A stretch of DNA of 64,000 nt, from assembly GCA_036337435.1 (NCBI GenBank), contig JAYZEG010000058.1, positions 247,025 through 311,024 of the forward strand, read 5' to 3'. This DNA comes from Myxococcota bacterium (GTDB taxonomy: Bacteria > Myxococcota_A > Bradymonadia > UBA7976 > UBA1532). The position numbers and the translations under genes were made by a program. The notes below the pieces were generated by a model. The model was not told the DNA's origin and did not search any database. It saw nothing but the letters and a program-made list of their open reading frames with translations. Below, in pieces: positions 30,889 through 41,760 of the stretch. Within the stretch, counting starts at the first letter, position 1. Each line of letters opens with the position of its first letter.

Positions 30889-32937
30889 ATGGGCAAACTC
30901 GTCGAAAAGATCGCTAAACTCCAAAACTATGAGGAATTTGCGGACCTGAATTGGACGGGTTCCTTCGAAGATTACCTGAAGATTGTTCGTGAAAACCCGA
31001 CGGTGACTCGAACCTCTTTTCAGCGGGTCTACGACATGGTTCTGTCCTACGGCAGTGAAACGTATTCCGATAATAAAAAGAAACTCATTCATTACAATTT
31101 CTTCGATGACCCCATGGGCGATGGCCGCGATTCCATATTCGGCTTGGATATTCCACTCATGCGCTTGGTGAATGTACTGAAGAGTGCAGCGATGGGCTAC
31201 GGCACAGAGAAAAGAGTGCTTTTACTCCACGGGCCCGTCGGCAGTTCAAAGAGCACCATCGCGCGACTGCTCAAAAAAGGATTGGAGAGCTACAGCCGAA
31301 GTACTGCAGGTGCCCTCTATACGTACGAGTGGAGTCTTCCCGAGGCGTTGTTGCACATCACGGGTGGAGAAGAGATTTTCCGATGTCCAATGAACGAGGA
31401 GCCACTCCGGTTGATTCCAACCGCATGGCGGGAGTCTGCATTTGCAGATCTTGGTCTTCACCAAGAAGACAGACCGCTTAAGATCAAGGGCGACCTAAAC
31501 CCCGCCTGCCGGCTTATTTTCCGCGAGCTTATGAATCACTACAAGGGTGATTGGGCCAAGGTCATGGATCATGTTCGGGTCAAACGATTGGTTCTGAGTG
31601 AAAAAGACCGGGTCGGTATCGGCACATTTCAGCCAAAAGATGAGAAAAATCAAGATTCGACAGAGCTCACCGGTGACATCAACTATAAAAAGATCGCCTT
31701 ATTCGGCTCCGACTCCGACCCGCGCGCTTTCAATTTTGATGGCGAATTCAATGTGGCCAATCGGGGCATCATTGAGTTCATTGAAATCTTGAAGTTGGAC
31801 GTCGCTTTTCTATACGACCTGCTCGGTGCGACCCAGGAGCATAAGATCAAGCCCAAGAAGTTTCCACAAACGGACATCGACGAAGTCATCATCGGGCACA
31901 CCAACGAAGCGGAATATCGCAAGCTGCTCAACAATGAATTTATGGAAGCGCTCAGAGACCGGACCATCAAGGTTGATATTCCGTATATAACCCGTCTCAA
32001 AGAAGAGCTTAAGATTTACAAAAAAGACTTTTCTCAACGACGTGTTGCTGGCAAGCACATCGCCCCTCACACGCTTAATATGGCGGCTATGTGGGCCGTA
32101 TTGACTCGCCTCGAAGAACCAAAAAAGCATGATTTGAGCATGCTTCAAAAACTTAAATTATATGATGGGAAGACGTTGCCTGGATTTACGCAGGACAATG
32201 TCAAAGAGTTGCGGAAGGAAACTGTGCGAGAGGGGATGGACGGAATCAGTCCACGATACGTGCAGGACAAAATCAGTAATGCGCTTGTCAGCCAGAGAAG
32301 TGAGAGCAGCATCAACCCATTTCTCGTACTAAACGAGCTAGAAAGCGGTTTGAATCGGAACTCGTTAATCACAAATGAGGAGCTTCGGAAGCGTTACACT
32401 GAGCTGCTGGCCGTCGTCAAACAAGAGTATGAGGAAATCGTCAAAAATGAAGTCCAGCGTGCGATCTCGGCTGACGAGCAAGCGATCAAGCGATTGGCGT
32501 CCAATTACATCGATAACGTCAAAGCCTACACTCAGAAAGAAAAGGTCAAAAACCCGTACACGGGGCAGGACGAAGAACCGGACGAGCGCTTAATGCGTTC
32601 CATCGAGTCTAAGATCGATATCCCAGAGTCTCGCAAGGATGATTTCAGACGTGAGATCATGAACTACATCGGTGCGTTAGCGGTTGAAGGGAAGACATTC
32701 TCTTACGATACCAACGAGCGCTTACATCGTGCCCTCGAACAGAAGTTGTTTGAGGACCAGAAAGACACCATCAAGCTGACGAGCTTGGTCAGCAACGCCA
32801 TCGATAAAGAAACGCAGGAAAAAATAGCCGTCGTCAAAGAGCGTATGATTCGCGACTTCGGATATAATGAAGAGTCGGCAACCGATGTGTTGAACTATGT
32901 CGCGTCCATTTTTGCCCGTGGGGACTCACGAGAGTAG
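30889..32937 (+). CDS. prkA: PrkA/YeaG family serine protein kinase (AAA+)
   Basis: [44 protein letters not shown] and EGMDGISPR motifs. Confidence 0.93.
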   Translation: MGKLVEKIAKLQNYEEFADLNWTGSFEDYLKIVRENPTVTRTSFQRVYDMVLSYGSETYSDNKKKLIHYNFFDDPMGDGRDSIFGLDIPLMRLVNVLKSAAMGYGTEKRVLLLHGPVGSSKSTIARLLKKGLESYSRSTAGALYTYEWSLPEALLHITGGEEIFRCPMNEEPLRLIPTAWRESAFADLGLHQEDRPLKIKGDLNPACRLIFRELMNHYKGDWAKVMDHVRVKRLVLSEKDRVGIGTFQPKDEKNQDSTELTGDINYKKIALFGSDSDPRAFNFDGEFNVANRGIIEFIEILKLDVAFLYDLLGATQEHKIKPKKFPQTDIDEVIIGHTNEAEYRKLLNNEFMEALRDRTIKVDIPYITRLKEELKIYKKDFSQRRVAGKHIAPHTLNMAAMWAVLTRLEEPKKHDLSMLQKLKLYDGKTLPGFTQDNVKELRKETVREGMDGISPRYVQDKISNALVSQRSESSINPFLVLNELESGLNRNSLITNEELRKRYTELLAVVKQEYEEIVKNEVQRAISADEQAIKRLASNYIDNVKAYTQKEKVKNPYTGQDEEPDERLMRSIESKIDIPESRKDDFRREIMNYIGALAVEGKTFSYDTNERLHRALEQKLFEDQKDTIKLTSLVSNAIDKETQEKIAVVKERMIRDFGYNEESATDVLNYVASIFARGDSRE

Positions 32938-32977
32938 TGATTAACGCGTTTGGCGGACCGAAAGTCGAGGAAGATTG

Positions 32978-34087
32978 ATGCGAATCAGACAAGATCACAG
33001 CCGATTTAGACAAATCGTTCGTGGTAAGGTTCGCCAAAATCTCAGACAGTATATCTCGTCTGGTGAATTGATTGGAAAGCAGGGCAAAGATCGCGTTTCT
33101 ATTCCTGTTCCGCAAATCGATATCCCCCGGTTTCGATTCAATAGCCAAGATGGCGGTGGTGTTGGTCAAGGTGACGGTGAACCAGGAGATAGTCTTGGCC
33201 CCGGCGATCAGCAGCCCGGAGAAGGTGAAGCGGGTGAAGGAGAGGGAGAAAAGGCTTTAGAAGTCGACGTCACCCTCGATGAACTCGCACAAATTCTTGG
33301 AGAAGAATTACAATTACCCCGAATCGAACCGCGCGGTGAAAAAGCGGTTGTCACGGAACGGGATAAATACACAGGCATTCGCCCTGTTGGCCCCAATAGC
33401 TTGAGGAACTTTAAACGGACCTACAAAGCGGCTTTAAAACGGTCGATTGCGATGGGGCAATATAATTCCAAAAATCCGGTCATTCTGCCCATAAAAGACG
33501 ACATGCGCTACCGGAGCTGGTCTACGGTCAAAAGTCCCCAATCCAATGCTGTTGTCATCTATATGATGGATGTATCCGGCTCTATGGGAGATGAACAAAA
33601 AGAAATCGTCCGGATTGAAAGCTTCTGGATCAACACCTGGCTAAAAAGTCAGTACGAGGGGATAGAGACCCGCTACATTGTCCATGACGCGACAGCACGT
33701 GAAGTGGATGAACATACGTTCTTCCATACCCGCGAGTCGGGCGGCACAATGATCAGTAGTGCGTATCGATTGGCTGCTCAAATTCTTGAGGCTGATTACC
33801 CCAGTGCTGATTGGAATATTTATCCGTTTCACTTCAGCGATGGGGACAATTGGTCCGTTGACGATACCCGGGCGTGCGTGCAACTCCTGAAAGATGTTCT
33901 GATTCCGTCTTCCAATCAGTTTAGTTATGGTCAAGTTGAAAGTCCTTATGGCTCAGGACAGTTCATCAAGGACTTGAAAGATAACTTCAAAGTGGGCGAT
34001 GAAGATTGTGCTCTCGTCTGTTCAGAAATTAAAAATAAGGACGCAATTGTTGGGTCTATCAAAGAATTTCTGGGGACGGGCCGATGA
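32978..34087 (+). CDS. YeaH/YhbH (DUF444) vWA-like protein
   Basis: [26 protein letters not shown] and [14 protein letters not shown] motifs, in the canonical position after prkA. Confidence 0.92.
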   Translation: MRIRQDHSRFRQIVRGKVRQNLRQYISSGELIGKQGKDRVSIPVPQIDIPRFRFNSQDGGGVGQGDGEPGDSLGPGDQQPGEGEAGEGEGEKALEVDVTLDELAQILGEELQLPRIEPRGEKAVVTERDKYTGIRPVGPNSLRNFKRTYKAALKRSIAMGQYNSKNPVILPIKDDMRYRSWSTVKSPQSNAVVIYMMDVSGSMGDEQKEIVRIESFWINTWLKSQYEGIETRYIVHDATAREVDEHTFFHTRESGGTMISSAYRLAAQILEADYPSADWNIYPFHFSDGDNWSVDDTRACVQLLKDVLIPSSNQFSYGQVESPYGSGQFIKDLKDNFKVGDEDCALVCSEIKNKDAIVGSIKEFLGTGR

Positions 34088-35616
34088 TTCAGTATCTCAA
34101 AGTGAGACCTTTGCCTGATGTACTTGAAGGTTGGCGGCAGAAGATAGAACGGATTGCGTCAGACCTCGGTCTCGATTTTTTCGATACCAGATTTGAGATG
34201 GTCTCCTACGACAAGATGAGTGAAATCGCATCCTACGGAGGTTTTCCGACGCGCTATCCTCATTGGCGTTTTGGCATGGAGTATGAGCGGCTATCCAAGT
34301 CTCACACGTATGGCTTATCTAAGATTTACGAACTCGTCATCAATAACGACCCTTGCTATGCCTACCTCTTGGAGGGCAATGAATTTGTCGACCAAAAGTT
34401 GGTCATGGCCCATGTTTATGGTCACGCAGATTTCTTTAAACATAATTTTTGGTTTAGCCGCACTAACCGCAGAATGCTCGACACCATGGCTAATCACGCG
34501 ACCCGGATCCGGCGTTATCAAGACTTGTATGGTGTTACGGTTGTTGAAGAGTTCATCGACGTCTGTTTATCTCTCGAGAATCTGATCGATTTGCACTCGC
34601 CATATCGGCCGAAGAAAACAGAGCAAGAAAACCGCCCAAAGGGCGACCTTCCGGATGAGCTCATCGGGGATGTTGACAGTCTACCAAGGCTTCAAGCCAA
34701 GGAATATATGGACGAATACGTCAATCCCGAAAACTTTATGGAACAGCAGCGTAAAAAGCAGAAAGACGAGACGGACAAAAAAACGAAATTTCCGGTTTCT
34801 GCGCAGCGCGATGTGATGCTGTTCCTCATGCAGGAAGCACCGCTCACCCGTTGGCAGCGTAATGTCCTCGGGATTGTGAGAGACGAGGCCTACTACTTTG
34901 CCCCTCAGGGGATGACCAAGATCTTAAACGAGGGCTGGGCCAGCTATTGGCATACCCATATGATGACGCGCAGTGGCATTATGGAGGGCTCAGAGGTGAT
35001 TGATTATGCAGATCGTCACAGTCGTTGTACGGTCATGCATAAGGGACGCCTAAACCCCTATAAGCTTGGTATCGAGTTGTTCAGGCATATCGAAGAACGC
35101 TGGAATCAAGGCCGCTTCGGAAAAGAATACGAAGAGTGTTCGGATATGGCCGAACGGGCGAACTGGAATCGGCAGACGGGATTGGGGCGCGAGAAGATAT
35201 TTGAAGTAAGAAAGCATCATAATGATGTGACTTTCTTAGACGAGTATTTGACGCCAGAGTTTTGTGCTGAACACAAGCTGTTCACGTTTGGACACAATGC
35301 ACGGGCCAACGAATGGCAGATTGCATCTCGAGACTTCAAAGAGGTTAAAACCAAGCTGTTAACCCAATTGACAAATATGGGCCAGCCGGTGATCGAGGTT
35401 GATGATGCAAATTTCAACAATCGGTCTGAATTACTCCTCACTCATCGACATGATGGTGTTGATCTTGATGTATCTTATGGACAGGCAACCCTCCAGAATC
35501 TCTACCGACTTTGGAAAAGACCCGTTCATATCGCAACAAGCAAAGGCGATCGCCCGACACTTCTGTCCTTTGATGGGAAGGATCATTCCGAAGGGGAATT
35601 TGATAAATCAGCCTAG
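34084..35616 (+). CDS. SpoVR family protein
   Basis: [51 protein letters not shown] and NPYKLG motifs. Confidence 0.93.
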   Translation: MIQYLKVRPLPDVLEGWRQKIERIASDLGLDFFDTRFEMVSYDKMSEIASYGGFPTRYPHWRFGMEYERLSKSHTYGLSKIYELVINNDPCYAYLLEGNEFVDQKLVMAHVYGHADFFKHNFWFSRTNRRMLDTMANHATRIRRYQDLYGVTVVEEFIDVCLSLENLIDLHSPYRPKKTEQENRPKGDLPDELIGDVDSLPRLQAKEYMDEYVNPENFMEQQRKKQKDETDKKTKFPVSAQRDVMLFLMQEAPLTRWQRNVLGIVRDEAYYFAPQGMTKILNEGWASYWHTHMMTRSGIMEGSEVIDYADRHSRCTVMHKGRLNPYKLGIELFRHIEERWNQGRFGKEYEECSDMAERANWNRQTGLGREKIFEVRKHHNDVTFLDEYLTPEFCAEHKLFTFGHNARANEWQIASRDFKEVKTKLLTQLTNMGQPVIEVDDANFNNRSELLLTHRHDGVDLDVSYGQATLQNLYRLWKRPVHIATSKGDRPTLLSFDGKDHSEGEFDKSA

Positions 35617-35727
35617 ACGTCATTTAGAAAACTTAGATGATCTCACATTGCGTCCACACAAACGGCGCGTTATGGTTGGGCATCGCAGAAACGACACCAT
35701 GACCGCATCACAGCAATTGACGAGCCG

Positions 35728-36591
35728 ATGAGCCGCACGAACCGTTCAGAGATAAAATCGCGAATACCGCGAATCGCGACGAACCAACCTAGTTTTAGGC
35801 TTGTTGGCCATGGGATGTCGGATGTTGGATGTCGCCGTGAGGTCAATGAAGATTCTTACCTCATTCTGCCGAAGAATAATTTGTGGATCGTTGCCGATGG
35901 TATGGGTGGGCATGCTGGTGGGCAGTACGCGAGCACAATGACTGTCGAGACGGTTGGCAAAGCATTACTCCGCCGTCTTTTTGAGGCCGAGAATGCCCGT
36001 CGGGACGGTGGGTCGTCCATCAAGATGGCGGAGCTCATTTCAGAGACGATTCGAGAAACCTGTGCTGCTGTTTACGACCGTGCGGTGTATCGCCCGGAGT
36101 TGCGAGGCATGGGCAGCACGGTGACTGCGATGTTGGCCTATGACGACATGGCTTGGTTTGGTCATGTGGGTGATAGCCGAGCGTATCTATTGCGTGATGG
36201 TCAGATTCATCAAATTACTGAAGACCATTCCCTGGTACAAGAGCAGGTATCAGCGGGACTCATTACGCCCGAGCAGGCAAAGCATTCGATGATTCGTAAT
36301 ATCATTACCCGTAGCATTGGATTCGAAAGAGACGTTCGTGTTGATGTTGCCGCTGTTCCCATGAAAAGAGGCGATCAGTTCGTCATTTGCTCGGATGGTC
36401 TTACAGGCCACGTTGAGGATGGAGAAATCTACGAGGTTGTCAAACAGCACCCTCGAAAGAACGTATCGTCTCGACTGATCGAGTTAGCCAACTCGCGAGG
36501 TGGAGAAGACAACAGTACGGTGATATTGACCACTGTCATTTCCAAGAGGAATAAGAGCCGCGGTCACAAGCGTCGGAACCGGCCAGGTTGA
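35728..36591 (+). CDS. PP2C-type Ser/Thr phosphatase (Stp1/IreP family)
   Basis: SDVGCRREVNED, VADGMGGH, GMGST, HVGDSRAY, ICSDGL and GGEDNST motifs. Confidence 0.93.
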   Translation: MSRTNRSEIKSRIPRIATNQPSFRLVGHGMSDVGCRREVNEDSYLILPKNNLWIVADGMGGHAGGQYASTMTVETVGKALLRRLFEAENARRDGGSSIKMAELISETIRETCAAVYDRAVYRPELRGMGSTVTAMLAYDDMAWFGHVGDSRAYLLRDGQIHQITEDHSLVQEQVSAGLITPEQAKHSMIRNIITRSIGFERDVRVDVAAVPMKRGDQFVICSDGLTGHVEDGEIYEVVKQHPRKNVSSRLIELANSRGGEDNSTVILTTVISKRNKSRGHKRRNRPG

Positions 36592-38078
36592 TGGGCATGG
36601 ACGTTACGTTGACACTCTGTGTTTTCGTGAGACCCGAAGGACACTTTGAACTCAGCACCCTCGCCTTTGTCAGTCGTTTGGTCGATGAGGTCATAATCGC
36701 ATTCGCTGACGGTCGAAATGTACCTGAATCACCTCGACTTGCAGCCAATATGCGTCTCCTTGAGCTGACTTGGGGAGATGACTTTTCAAACGCACGAAAC
36801 AAACTATTGGCCGAAGTCCGCTCTGATTCTGTGTTGATGATCGAACACAATGAGCGGCTGCAACCAGGCCAGTTGAAAACCATTCGGCAGCTGGTTCAAA
36901 GCGCATCGCCTCAGTCTGATATCCATTGCTTTCCCATCAATGTGGTGTCAGCTGATGGATCATTGCTCGAGTCCACATATGAACCACGTCTTTGGTACAC
37001 GAGCACCGATGCTAAATTCGTTGGTCGGATTTACGAACGACTCGAAACACCGCCTGGTCAACGGTTCAAATATCATGATGACCTGGCCATCACGCAGGAT
37101 TTTGAACAGCTGACGGATGAACAAGACGAGCTGATCGGTCAACGCAATATTGATTTATTGGAGATGCAATATCTCGAAACGCCAGCCGACTGCCACACAC
37201 GATATTGTGTCGGCTGGACCTATATGATGCGTGGTGAATTTGAGCGGGGTTTGGACTTCTTCATACCCTTGATAGATGATTTCAAAGGCAGCGACTTTGC
37301 CCGTAGTGCTATGGTCTTTAGCGTAGAGTGTCTCCGCAAGATGGGGAGGCCGGAAGATGCATTTCAGAGAGGCCTGGAATGGGTTCAAGACTGCTCTGAC
37401 TATGGCGAGCTTTGGTTCTTTATCGGTCGTGCTGCGCTTGAGAGTAATCAGCGCATCAAAGCGCACGCAGCATTCAAAAAAGCCGGCCGCATACGCGAGA
37501 TGTGTACACCAGACCTGTATCGGGACCCCGCAGTCCATGCATATCGAGCGGACATTGGTTGTGTACAAGCGTTGGCGAGTCTTCGGCGTGCAGACCAAGC
37601 AGAGAGCTTACTTGCGGATGTTCGGAATCGGGTTCCCGAGGGTGAGCTGGCTGACCTGGACCGAGATTTTATAGATATTTGGCTGCAGTTGAATCAACCA
37701 AAACGCGCGTTTACCGTTGTCGAAGCGTGGATTGAGAAATCGCCCGAGTGGGCGAGCACCGCTCTCCTTGGCATTGTTGAATACTGCTTCAATGCTCAAG
37801 GGCCGACTCAAGCTTATTTGATGTATCAAGGCTCCATCGCAGCGTACGAAAGTCTCTTGCAGTTCTTACCGGTCGTTATGGTCGGCGCTGCACTCTCTGA
37901 TATGGTCGATGACCACGAATCTTATCTGAATCACCTTCAGCTCTGTGTCCAACTTGGCAGTACTGAGCGGGAACACTATCGAACCTTAATTCGACTTTTG
38001 GTCGAACGCGGAGAATTGGATAGAGCCAGCCAGATTACAGCACTTGAAGCGAAACTGGCTACAGACATAGAGACGTGA
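36588..38078 (+). CDS. Degenerate GT2-like domain plus TPR repeats
   Basis: WGDDFSNARN and F.GRIYE recall GT2-TPR proteins, but the usual DAD motif reads EHN. Helical TPR-like C-terminus. Confidence 0.65.
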   Translation: MMGMDVTLTLCVFVRPEGHFELSTLAFVSRLVDEVIIAFADGRNVPESPRLAANMRLLELTWGDDFSNARNKLLAEVRSDSVLMIEHNERLQPGQLKTIRQLVQSASPQSDIHCFPINVVSADGSLLESTYEPRLWYTSTDAKFVGRIYERLETPPGQRFKYHDDLAITQDFEQLTDEQDELIGQRNIDLLEMQYLETPADCHTRYCVGWTYMMRGEFERGLDFFIPLIDDFKGSDFARSAMVFSVECLRKMGRPEDAFQRGLEWVQDCSDYGELWFFIGRAALESNQRIKAHAAFKKAGRIREMCTPDLYRDPAVHAYRADIGCVQALASLRRADQAESLLADVRNRVPEGELADLDRDFIDIWLQLNQPKRAFTVVEAWIEKSPEWASTALLGIVEYCFNAQGPTQAYLMYQGSIAAYESLLQFLPVVMVGAALSDMVDDHESYLNHLQLCVQLGSTEREHYRTLIRLLVERGELDRASQITALEAKLATDIET

Positions 38079-39031
38079 AAGCACTGGTTGCCAAAATGGG
38101 CGCCGAGGTCCTTAAGATCATAGAGATTTTGGCTGGCTCAAAACCAAGATTGACACGCTGGCGAACGAGGTGCCTGGTTTGGGCTGGTCGCCACCTTGAC
38201 GCCATCATCTATGCGTCGCCAAGGCTGGCTCAACATCCGGACGATGCTCGCCTGCATTACAGTGTAGGTCAGGCTGCTATCAACTTGATGAAACGAGACT
38301 ATGCGCGAGCGAGAATGGCCTATGCGACAGCCCTCGATCCGGGCAATGTCAGATATCGATTTGCTCTCGCTTACTGTGCGCAAATTTTGAATCAGCATGA
38401 GACTGCGGAGCGAGAATACCTGCATGTACTCGGACAAACACCGCAAGATTTAAATGCCCGTTTAAATCTTGCTCTATTGCGAAAAACCATTGGGAAACAC
38501 GAGCAAGCATTGACTGGTTTCGTCGAGGTTCTTGATGTTCGACCAAAGGAGATTAAAGCACTCATTGGTGCCGCGATTTGCAATTACGAACTGAATTTTA
38601 TGAACGATGCTAGAGCATTCGCAACGCGGTGCGTAAATGTCGACAATAAGTACGTTCGTGCGCATGTACTTTTGGGTCGAATTGCGTTGTCGCAAAATGA
38701 CACCGAAACCGCTCGTTCTCATTTTGAATCAGCGCAGAAGCTAGAACCTGAAGATGGTTATGTGCTCGCGTCCTTGGGTCGTATCTACATGACCGACAAC
38801 CCTCCCCAAGCACGCCATCTACTCAGGGAAGCACTGATTGTGTCGAAACCAGACCGGAGCGCACACTTTGACCTCGGTCAATATTATGAAATCGTCCGGG
38901 ATCTGGAGCGTGCCATAGCCGAATATGAACTATTTTCCAGATTTCATACGGGTAATCGGGCAAAGTGGGCGCGAAAACGTGTAATTCGACTGCGTGAAAA
39001 GATGATGGTTGAGATAAACAAACGTGAGTGA
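38075..39031 (+). CDS. Tetratricopeptide repeat protein
   Basis: Consecutive ~34-aa repeats (AHVLLGRIAL..ARSHFESAQKLEP; AHFDLGQYY..AIAEYE). Confidence 0.85.
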   Translation: MKALVAKMGAEVLKIIEILAGSKPRLTRWRTRCLVWAGRHLDAIIYASPRLAQHPDDARLHYSVGQAAINLMKRDYARARMAYATALDPGNVRYRFALAYCAQILNQHETAEREYLHVLGQTPQDLNARLNLALLRKTIGKHEQALTGFVEVLDVRPKEIKALIGAAICNYELNFMNDARAFATRCVNVDNKYVRAHVLLGRIALSQNDTETARSHFESAQKLEPEDGYVLASLGRIYMTDNPPQARHLLREALIVSKPDRSAHFDLGQYYEIVRDLERAIAEYELFSRFHTGNRAKWARKRVIRLREKMMVEINKRE

Positions 39032-39842
39032 TTTTCGTCATCCAGGTTATCAGCAGATTCAATTGAAGAAGGGGGATGAAGCAACCACTGATTACCTCGC
39101 TGTAGAGGAACCAATGGAAATGCGGGTTGATGGCCAACCCGTTGCGGTTGTCTTGCGAACCCCAGAAACCAATTTAGAAAAAGATCTGGACCTGGCTGTA
39201 GGTTTCCTGTTCACAGAGGGCGTCATCGACGACCTCGATGACATTGCATCTCTCGGACATTGCACAGACGGAAACAATCCAAATCGGCAAAACCTGGTTT
39301 TTATGAATTTAGCCTCTGGTAATTTCAGGGCGAAAACGCGGTTGCAAAATGCGGTTCGAGTTCAATATGTGAGTTCGAGCTGTGGCGTCTGCGGAAAAGC
39401 ATCCATCGATAAGGTGTTCCAGATGACCGAGCCGCTGCCCAATCTTATGACATTGGATGATGTGTTCATTAGCTCTGTGCCGGCAAAACTTCGATCGAGA
39501 CAAACCAACTTTGAAATGACGGGTGGCGTGCACGGTGCTGCTATTTTCACTCCTGATGGTCAAATCAAAGCATTCGCGGAAGATGTTGGTCGTCACAATG
39601 CTGTCGATAAAGTGATTGGCCGATGCCTGAGAATCCAAGAGTTTCCCCTCGACGGTCACGTGCTTGTGGTCAGCAGTCGGGCAGGGTTTGAAATTGTACA
39701 GAAAGCGATCATGGCTCGAATTGGCGCTGTTGTATCAGTTGGTGCCGCGAGTAGCATGGCTCACGACTTGGCGAATCGAAGCCGGTTGGCTCTTTATTCT
39801 TTTGTCCGCAGCGGTCGGTTTAATGACCATTCATCTCTTTAG
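39024..39842 (+). CDS. fdhD: Formate dehydrogenase accessory sulfurtransferase
   Basis: AVEEP, RTP, GFLFTEG, SSCGVCG, TGGVHGA, EDVGRHNAVDK, SSRAGFEIVQKA motifs. Confidence 0.93.
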   Translation: MSDFRHPGYQQIQLKKGDEATTDYLAVEEPMEMRVDGQPVAVVLRTPETNLEKDLDLAVGFLFTEGVIDDLDDIASLGHCTDGNNPNRQNLVFMNLASGNFRAKTRLQNAVRVQYVSSSCGVCGKASIDKVFQMTEPLPNLMTLDDVFISSVPAKLRSRQTNFEMTGGVHGAAIFTPDGQIKAFAEDVGRHNAVDKVIGRCLRIQEFPLDGHVLVVSSRAGFEIVQKAIMARIGAVVSVGAASSMAHDLANRSRLALYSFVRSGRFNDHSSL

Positions 39843-39856
39843 TATTGCTGCGGAGC

Positions 39857-40696
39857 CTACCGAGACAGGGCACGACTCAATCGGGCAATTTCGTCGAGGG
39901 AGAATGTCTCTCCCCTGCGTCGCCCATCAAGCCCTGTTTCTAAAAAGAGTTCGCCTACATCGCTGCAGATTGACTTCAACGATTTGCGAACCATTTTTCG
40001 ACGTTGGCCGAACAGAGCACGAACAACCGATTTGAATACTTTTGGGTCGCCGACATCGACGGTCGGCTCGGCCAAACTCTCCATGACGACCACGCTGGAT
40101 TGAACTTTCGGGGCCGGGTGAAAGGCTTGGGCCGGTACATCAAAAGCGTGTGATGTGACCGCCCACAGCGCGCATTGTGCTGTCATTGCGCTGCTGGCTC
40201 GGGTTCCCACCGTCGCCGTGAGCCTTTGAGCAAATTCCGTTTGTAGCATGAAGCATGCTCTCCGCCACTTCGTTGGGTTTTCAATGAGCCCCATGATGAT
40301 CTTTGAGCTGAGATGGTACGGTAGGTTTCCGTAAATGACAGGTGACTGTCCAAACTCGTCCTTTATGGATGACCAGTTCACATCAAGGACGTTGCCCTCC
40401 CTGATTTCTACATGCTCTGCCCAGCCTAATTCAGCTCGAGCGACAGGCACTAAATCTCGGTCATATTCCAGCGCGATCAAACGGTCTGCATGAGGGGCCA
40501 ATGCGCGAGTGAGCGTTCCACATCCTGCGCCGATCTCGAAAACCACATCGTTTGCCAATAGACCGCCTGCCTGCACGATGCGCTCAGGCACCTCTGGCGA
40601 TATCAGAAAGTTTTGTCCAAACTTCTTTTTGGTCCATAGCCCGTGCGCACGAAGAACGGCACGAGGATCGTGGAAGCTCATCGGTCGAGTCGCCAC
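39857..40696 (-). CDS. rsmA: 16S rRNA m6,2A dimethyltransferase
   Basis: KKKFGQNFL, EIGAGCG, GNLPY, MLQ.E and FHPAPKVQS motifs. Confidence 0.94.
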   Translation of the reverse strand: MATRPMSFHDPRAVLRAHGLWTKKKFGQNFLISPEVPERIVQAGGLLANDVVFEIGAGCGTLTRALAPHADRLIALEYDRDLVPVARAELGWAEHVEIREGNVLDVNWSSIKDEFGQSPVIYGNLPYHLSSKIIMGLIENPTKWRRACFMLQTEFAQRLTATVGTRASSAMTAQCALWAVTSHAFDVPAQAFHPAPKVQSSVVVMESLAEPTVDVGDPKVFKSVVRALFGQRRKMVRKSLKSICSDVGELFLETGLDGRRRGETFSLDEIARLSRALSR

Positions 40697-41730
40697 GCAC
40701 CGATGGCATTTAATCGCCTGTCATCAGCGTGGTGCCCCTGGCCAATTCGACGGTCCGCGAGATGGTTTGCAGCGCCCGCAATCATAGCTGCATTATCAGT
40801 ACACCAGCGCGGAGGCGGTGCATGCATGGTGATGTCATAGTCGGAGAGTGCCGCCGACAGAGCCAGCCTTAGTGCTCCGTTGCAGGCGACTCCTCCCGAT
40901 AAAACGACGTCAGAGACTTGGGCAGAACGAGCCATCCTAACCGTCCGATGCACAAGTTGTTTAATAGCGGCAGCTTGAAAGCTCGCAAGCAGATCAAATT
41001 GGTCCTGACCGCTCGGTATTTCATCGCTTTGCCCATATTTTTTGATGGCTGTCAAAACGGCTGTTTTCAATCCGCTAAAGCTGAAATCCAATGCCCCATC
41101 TTTAAAAATGGGTACGGAAAACCGATACGCTTGTGGATCACCCTGTCGTGCCAAGCGCTCAATAATCGGGCCGCCAGGGTATCCCAACCCGAGCATCCGA
41201 GAGACTTTGTCGAATGCTTCCCCCGCTGCATCATCACGGGTATTTGAACGTTGTACGACGTGGCTCGGCGAATGCACCTCGTAGAGCGCGGTGTGTCCCC
41301 CACTGACGGCCAGCGCAATGTGGGGATAGCCAGGTCCCATGGGCTTTGTTTCGCCAGGTCTGTGTAAGAAAACTGCATGTAGGTGACCCGCGAGGTGATG
41401 GACGGGAATCAGTGGCAAATTATGCGCGTATGCCAGAGATTTGGCGACCTGTAATCCAACCAGCAGCGCCCCCACCAATCCAGGCCCGCGGGTGACAGCA
41501 ATGGCATCTAAATCGGACCACGATAAATCTGCTTTTTCGAGTGCTTCCTCCACCACAGGAATGATTTCGACCACATGGTTTCGGCTGGCAAGTTCGGGTA
41601 CAACGCCACCGTATTTTTTGTGAATATCGATTTGCGTAGCAACAGGATCACTCAGGACGAGATGTCCATCGACTACAATCGATGCAGCCGTCTCGTCGCA
41701 GCTACTTTCGATGGCTAGAACGCATGCCAT
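40678..41730 (-). CDS. tsaD: tRNA N6-threonylcarbamoyltransferase
   Basis: LAIESSCDET, GGVVPELASR, GPGLVGAL, HHLAGH, SGGHT, DDAAGEAFDK, FSFSGLKT and TDNAAMI motifs. Confidence 0.96.
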   Translation of the reverse strand: MACVLAIESSCDETAASIVVDGHLVLSDPVATQIDIHKKYGGVVPELASRNHVVEIIPVVEEALEKADLSWSDLDAIAVTRGPGLVGALLVGLQVAKSLAYAHNLPLIPVHHLAGHLHAVFLHRPGETKPMGPGYPHIALAVSGGHTALYEVHSPSHVVQRSNTRDDAAGEAFDKVSRMLGLGYPGGPIIERLARQGDPQAYRFSVPIFKDGALDFSFSGLKTAVLTAIKKYGQSDEIPSGQDQFDLLASFQAAAIKQLVHRTVRMARSAQVSDVVLSGGVACNGALRLALSAALSDYDITMHAPPPRWCTDNAAMIAGAANHLADRRIGQGHHADDRRLNAIGAWRLDR

Positions 41731-41760
41731 TTTCAAGCTCCCAATTGAGTTTGGCCCATG

